In this document: in pieces, positions 60,321 to 64,000 of the stretch | Layout of the letters: each line of letters opens with the position of its first letter | Position numbering within the stretch: the stretch's first letter is position 1 | Assembly (NCBI GenBank): GCA_020346465.1 | Contig: CP070783.1 | Coordinates: 2,189,097 to 2,253,096 of the forward strand | Length of the DNA stretch: 64,000 nucleotides | Source of the DNA: Deltaproteobacteria bacterium | Lineage (GTDB): Bacteria > Desulfobacterota > Deferrimicrobia > Deferrimicrobiales > Deferrimicrobiaceae | Direction: 5' to 3' | Program-made: the position numbers and the translations under genes | Notes under the pieces: generated by a model | The model's input: the letters and a program-made list of their open reading frames with translations, nothing else | Databases searched by the model: none | What the model was told of the DNA's origin: nothing

Positions 60321-60401
60321 AGGTCCCCGCATCCGGACGGCCCCCCCGTTGCGCGGTCCGATCTGGTAAAATAAACCTTTTCCGAGGAGAGGGGTTCCCT
60401 G

Positions 60402-61118
60402 TTGCCCGACATCGCGACATTCCTGCACCGGATCTCCGTCGAGGCGCTTCCCCTGGTGATCGCCATCACGTTCCACGAGGCGGCGCACGGGTACGTGGCG
60501 CTCAAGAAAGGGGACCCGACCGCGAAGATGCTCGGCCGGGTGACGCTCAACCCGCTGGCGCACATCGATCCGATCGGGACGATCCTCCTCCCCGCGTTTC
60601 TCATCCTCACCCGGAGCCCGTTCCTCTTCGGGTGGGCCAAGCCGGTTCCCGTGAACTTCCGGCTCCTGCGGGACCAGAAGCGCGACCCCGTCTACGTCGC
60701 CTCGGCCGGGGTGGTGGTGAACCTGGCGCTGGCTGCCGCATCGGGGCTTCTCTTCCGGCTCATCGGCATCGTGGACCCCTTCGCCATCCAGAAAGCGCTC
60801 TACCGGGGCCTTGCGGCGCAGCCGGAGGGGTCCTTCCAGATGGTCCTGATCCCCCTGGCCCTGATGTGCGTGGCGTCGATCAAGTGGAACGTCCTGCTGG
60901 CGATCTTCAACCTGATCCCCATCCCCCCCCTGGACGGGGGGAGGATCGCCGTGGGGCTCCTCCCGTACGGCCCTTCCCAGGCGCTCGCCTCGGTGGAGCG
61001 GTACGGGATCCTCATCGTGATCGCGCTGTTCATGTTCGACCCGTTTGGTATAATCCGGGGAATCATCTACCCCGTGATGAATCTGCTGTTCGCCATCTTC
61101 CTGGGTGGATTACCGTAA
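60402..61118 (+). CDS. site-2 protease family (M50) membrane metalloprotease
   Basis: HExxH in the first TM (FHEAAHG) and a LDGG motif (PPLDGGR); TTG start behind an AGGAGA SD. Confidence 0.75.
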   Translation: MPDIATFLHRISVEALPLVIAITFHEAAHGYVALKKGDPTAKMLGRVTLNPLAHIDPIGTILLPAFLILTRSPFLFGWAKPVPVNFRLLRDQKRDPVYVASAGVVVNLALAAASGLLFRLIGIVDPFAIQKALYRGLAAQPEGSFQMVLIPLALMCVASIKWNVLLAIFNLIPIPPLDGGRIAVGLLPYGPSQALASVERYGILIVIALFMFDPFGIIRGIIYPVMNLLFAIFLGGLP

Positions 61119-61131
61119 AGGGGGACGTTGC

Positions 61132-62112
61132 GTGCGGAAACGGGCGTTGAGCGGCATGCGGCCGAGCGGGAAACTGCACCTCGGGCACTATCTGGGCGCT
61201 CTGATGAACTGGAAGAATCTGCAGAAGGAGAACGACTGCTTCTACTTCGTGGCGGACTGGCACGCGCTGACGACCGAGTACGAGCGCACGGAGATCATCA
61301 AGGAGACGATCGACGACATGGTCATCGACTGGATGGCGTCGGGGATCGACCCGAAGCAGTCGACGATCTTCGTCCAGAGCCACGTGCCGGAGCACGCCGA
61401 GCTGCACCTGCTCCTGTCGATGATCACCCCGCTGCCGTGGCTGGAGCGCAACCCCACCTACAAGGAGCAGCTGCGGGAGCAGTCGGCGCGGGACCTGCAG
61501 ACGTACGGGTTCCTGGGGTACCCGGTCCTCCAGGCGGCGGACATCCTCATGTACGACGCCGCCCTCGTGCCCGTCGGGATCGACCAGGTCCCGCACCTGG
61601 AGCTGACCCGCGAGATCGCCCGGCGGTTCAACTTCCTCTACCGGGAGTCGTTTGCCATCCCCGAGGCGTACCTTACGGAGACGCCCAAGATCCTGGGGAC
61701 CGACAACCGGAAGATGAGCAAGACCTACGGCAACGCGATCCTGCTGTCCGACACCGCGGAGGAGGTCTGGGAGAAGGTCCGCCCGATGGTGACCGACCCG
61801 GCCCGCATGCGGCGGACCGACCCCGGCAACCCGGAAGTGTGCAACGTCTTCGCCTACCACAGGATCTTCTCCCCCCCGGAGACGATCGAGAGGGTGAACG
61901 CGGGGTGCCGCACGGCGGGGATCGGCTGCATCGAGTGCAAGCAGTGGATGACCGAACAGATGGAGAAGGTGCTGGCCCCCATCCGCGAGCGCCGGAAGGA
62001 GATCGTCGAAAGCGGCGTCTCCGTCCGGGACCTGCTCGAGGAGGGGACGGAGCGGGCGCGGGATGCGGCGGGAAAGAAGATGAAAGAGGTGCGCGACGCT
62101 GTCCGGATCTGA
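61132..62112 (+). CDS. trpS: tryptophan--tRNA ligase
   Basis: HIGH-like (PSGKLHLGHYLGAL) and KMSKS (KMSKTYGN) motifs; GTG start behind a GGGGGA SD. Confidence 0.85.
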   Translation: MRKRALSGMRPSGKLHLGHYLGALMNWKNLQKENDCFYFVADWHALTTEYERTEIIKETIDDMVIDWMASGIDPKQSTIFVQSHVPEHAELHLLLSMITPLPWLERNPTYKEQLREQSARDLQTYGFLGYPVLQAADILMYDAALVPVGIDQVPHLELTREIARRFNFLYRESFAIPEAYLTETPKILGTDNRKMSKTYGNAILLSDTAEEVWEKVRPMVTDPARMRRTDPGNPEVCNVFAYHRIFSPPETIERVNAGCRTAGIGCIECKQWMTEQMEKVLAPIRERRKEIVESGVSVRDLLEEGTERARDAAGKKMKEVRDAVRI

Positions 62113-62191
62113 CGGAAACGACGAAAAGCTTGCCGCCGCGGCGGTCGAGGCGGGGGGCGGGCCCTCTGCCGCGGACGCGGAGGCCGCGGGG

Positions 62192-62944
62192 ATCCGGTTC
62201 AGGCTCGAGGTCTTCGAGGGGCCGCTCGATCTTCTGCTCCACCTCGTCCGGGAGAACCGGCTCGACATCTACGACATCCCCATCGCGGAGATCACGGAGC
62301 AGTACCTGGCCTACATCGACGTGATGAAGGCGCTGAACCTGGACATCGCGGGCGAGTTCCTGGTGACGGCGGCGACCCTTCTGTACATCAAGTCGCGGTC
62401 GCTGCTTCCCCGGCACGACGATGAGCTGGAGCCGGAGGAGGACCCGGAGGTCATGCGGCCGGAGCTCTCCCGCCGTCTGGTGGAGTACGAGAAGATGAAG
62501 GAGGCGGCGGCGCGCCTGGCCGAGCGGCCGATGCTGGGCCGCGACGTCTTCGTCCGGGATTTCCTGGGCGAGGAGATCCCGGAAGGGGAGGTGGCGATCA
62601 CCGAGCTCTCCCTTGCCGACCTCATCTCCGCCTTCAAGGACGTCCTGGAGAAGATGCCGAAGGGGGAGGGCGTCGAGATCCTCGTGGACCGGCTCTCCAT
62701 GGCGGACGCCATCGCCTTTCTCCTCGACCGGCTGAAGGAAGAGGGGTCGATCCGGTTCGATAAACTCGTGGAGGAGTTCACGACGAGAAACGAGCTCCTC
62801 TCGTTCTTTCTTGGCATACTGGAACTGATCCGGCTGCGGACCGTGAAGGCCTACCAGGCGATCCCGATGGGGCTGATCACCATCGTGCCTGCGGTCCGGG
62901 AGGGGGAAGATGGAACAGGAACCGAAGATTCCGACGCAGGGTGA
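62192..62944 (+). CDS. scpA: segregation and condensation protein A (start codon unresolved)
   Basis: Conserved ScpA N-terminus (RFRLEVFEGPLDLLLHLV...IYDIPIAEITEQYL) lies in frame upstream of the first canonical start (GTG 62321); no ATG, GTG or TTG occurs in frame between the stop at 62081 and 62321; the span given starts at the first conserved residue. Confidence 0.6.
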   Translation: MRFRLEVFEGPLDLLLHLVRENRLDIYDIPIAEITEQYLAYIDVMKALNLDIAGEFLVTAATLLYIKSRSLLPRHDDELEPEEDPEVMRPELSRRLVEYEKMKEAAARLAERPMLGRDVFVRDFLGEEIPEGEVAITELSLADLISAFKDVLEKMPKGEGVEILVDRLSMADAIAFLLDRLKEEGSIRFDKLVEEFTTRNELLSFFLGILELIRLRTVKAYQAIPMGLITIVPAVREGEDGTGTEDSDAG

Positions 62945-63878
62945 GGAGACGCCGGGGGAACCGGCGGATTTCGTGCAGCGGGACGTCTCCAGGGAGGTCT
63001 CCATCCTGGAGTCCCTTCTGCTCGTCTCCTCGCAGCCGCTTTCGTTCGACCGGATCGGGCAGCTCCTGGGCAACCGTTCGAAGCAGGATGTGCGCGAAGT
63101 GGTCCGGGCGATCCAGGCGAAATACGCCGCGCAGGAATCGGGGATCCTCGTCGAGGAGGTGGCAAAGGGCCTCCAGCTGCGGACGAACCCCGCCAACCAG
63201 GAGTACGTCCGGAAGCTCTTCGACACGAAGCCGCCCCGCTTCACCCGCCCCTCCCTGGAGACGCTGGCGGTGGTCGCCTACAACCAGCCGGTCACCCGCC
63301 TGGAGATCGAGCAGATCCGCGGGGTCGACTGCGCCGCGTCGCTGAAAACCCTCATGGAGCGCCGGCTGGTCAAGGTGGTGGGCAAGAAGGACGTGCCGGG
63401 CCGGCCCTATCTGTTCGGCACGACCCGCGAGTTCCTCGAGGTCTTCTCGCTTTCCGGCCTCTCCGAGCTCCCCTCGATGCGCGACATCGAGGACTTCCTG
63501 GCGGCCAGGACGGGAACGCCGGTCCCCCCGCAACCGCAACCCGCGGCGCCACAGCTGTTCGCGGGATTCGGCGGCCAGACCGGGGCGGGGGAGGAGCTGG
63601 CGGCCGAACTGGAAGAGTCCGAGCACGGGGACCTTCTCCTGTCGACCAGAAGCGTTCTTCCGGAAGGGGTCTCCGACGACGTGCTGGTCGAGGGGGCGTC
63701 CCGGACCGGGTTCGACACCTCCGAGATGAAACCCCTGACGCCTTCCGGCAGGGGATCCTCCCAGTTCGCCTTCGCGGCGGATCACCTGTCCTTCGACCCC
63801 GCCGAGCCCCTGCTGCCCCCGTCCTCCGACCCGCAGGAGGTGGGAGACCACGAGGAAGAGGACCCGCCGGAAGAGTAG
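62910..63878 (+). CDS. scpB: segregation and condensation protein B with a long acidic/Pro-rich C-terminal tail
   Basis: Winged-helix ScpB core (ESLLLVSSQPLS, LAVVAYNQPVTRLEIEQIRGV); overlaps the scpA 3' end by 35 nt. Confidence 0.85.
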   Translation: MEQEPKIPTQGEETPGEPADFVQRDVSREVSILESLLLVSSQPLSFDRIGQLLGNRSKQDVREVVRAIQAKYAAQESGILVEEVAKGLQLRTNPANQEYVRKLFDTKPPRFTRPSLETLAVVAYNQPVTRLEIEQIRGVDCAASLKTLMERRLVKVVGKKDVPGRPYLFGTTREFLEVFSLSGLSELPSMRDIEDFLAARTGTPVPPQPQPAAPQLFAGFGGQTGAGEELAAELEESEHGDLLLSTRSVLPEGVSDDVLVEGASRTGFDTSEMKPLTPSGRGSSQFAFAADHLSFDPAEPLLPPSSDPQEVGDHEEEDPPEE

Positions 63879-63897
63879 CGGCAAAAAGGGAACAGGC

Positions 63898-64000
63898 ATG
63901 ACCACCGACAGGCTCAACCGGTACCTCTCCCGCGCCGCCGGCGTCTCCCGGCGCACCGCCGACGAGATGATCCGCAAGGGGAGGGTGACCGTGGGGGGGA
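63898..64000 (+). CDS. rluB: pseudouridine synthase (RluB/RsuA family), N-terminal S4 domain only (3' end outside window)
   Basis: MTTDRLNRYLSRAAGVSRRTADEMIRKGRVTV is an S4 RNA-binding domain start; truncated by the window edge. Confidence 0.65.
   Translation, partial: MTTDRLNRYLSRAAGVSRRTADEMIRKGRVTVGG

Overview
High-GC (~67%) bacterial chromosomal segment made almost entirely of core housekeeping genes, nearly all on the + strand and tightly packed with many 4-8 nt start/stop overlaps. Content: secDF, recJ, an archaeal-type polyamine pair (pdaD-speB), fabH, rimI, pyrKD, rimP-nusA-ylxR-infB-DUF503-rbfA-nrnA-truB-rpsO-pnp, an M16 peptidase, dut, purB, purF, pyrE, nadB (-), pgsA, a class-V FBP aldolase/phosphatase next to pgi, mutL, miaA, accA-pheA-aroF-tyrA-aroA-cmk-ispH-rpsA-sppA-ihfB, mutS, amiC, glnD, xerD, a DHH-CBS-CCA-enzyme fusion, trpS and scpAB. 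Gene order and GC content suggest a deltaproteobacterium (Geobacter/Desulfuromonas-like); this is inference only. The only accessory-looking stretch is a tRNA-punctuated region at 27.1-30.7 kb (tRNA-Gly +, tRNA-Leu -, tRNA-Cys -). It holds an AT-rich segment with an unannotated 46-aa hydrophobic ORF behind a strong Shine-Dalgarno, a divergent ribbon-helix-helix gene with a perfect 14-bp palindrome, and a two-subunit CoA-transferase operon. The CoA-transferase alpha subunit is one continuous reading frame interrupted by a single in-frame TGA, followed at SECIS-like spacing by a bulged-U hairpin. I read this as a candidate selenocysteine-containing CoA-transferase, which I do not know to be described; a nonsense-mutation pseudogene is the alternative. 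No CRISPR arrays, IS elements or transposases were seen. The very long antisense ORFs are high-GC artefacts.
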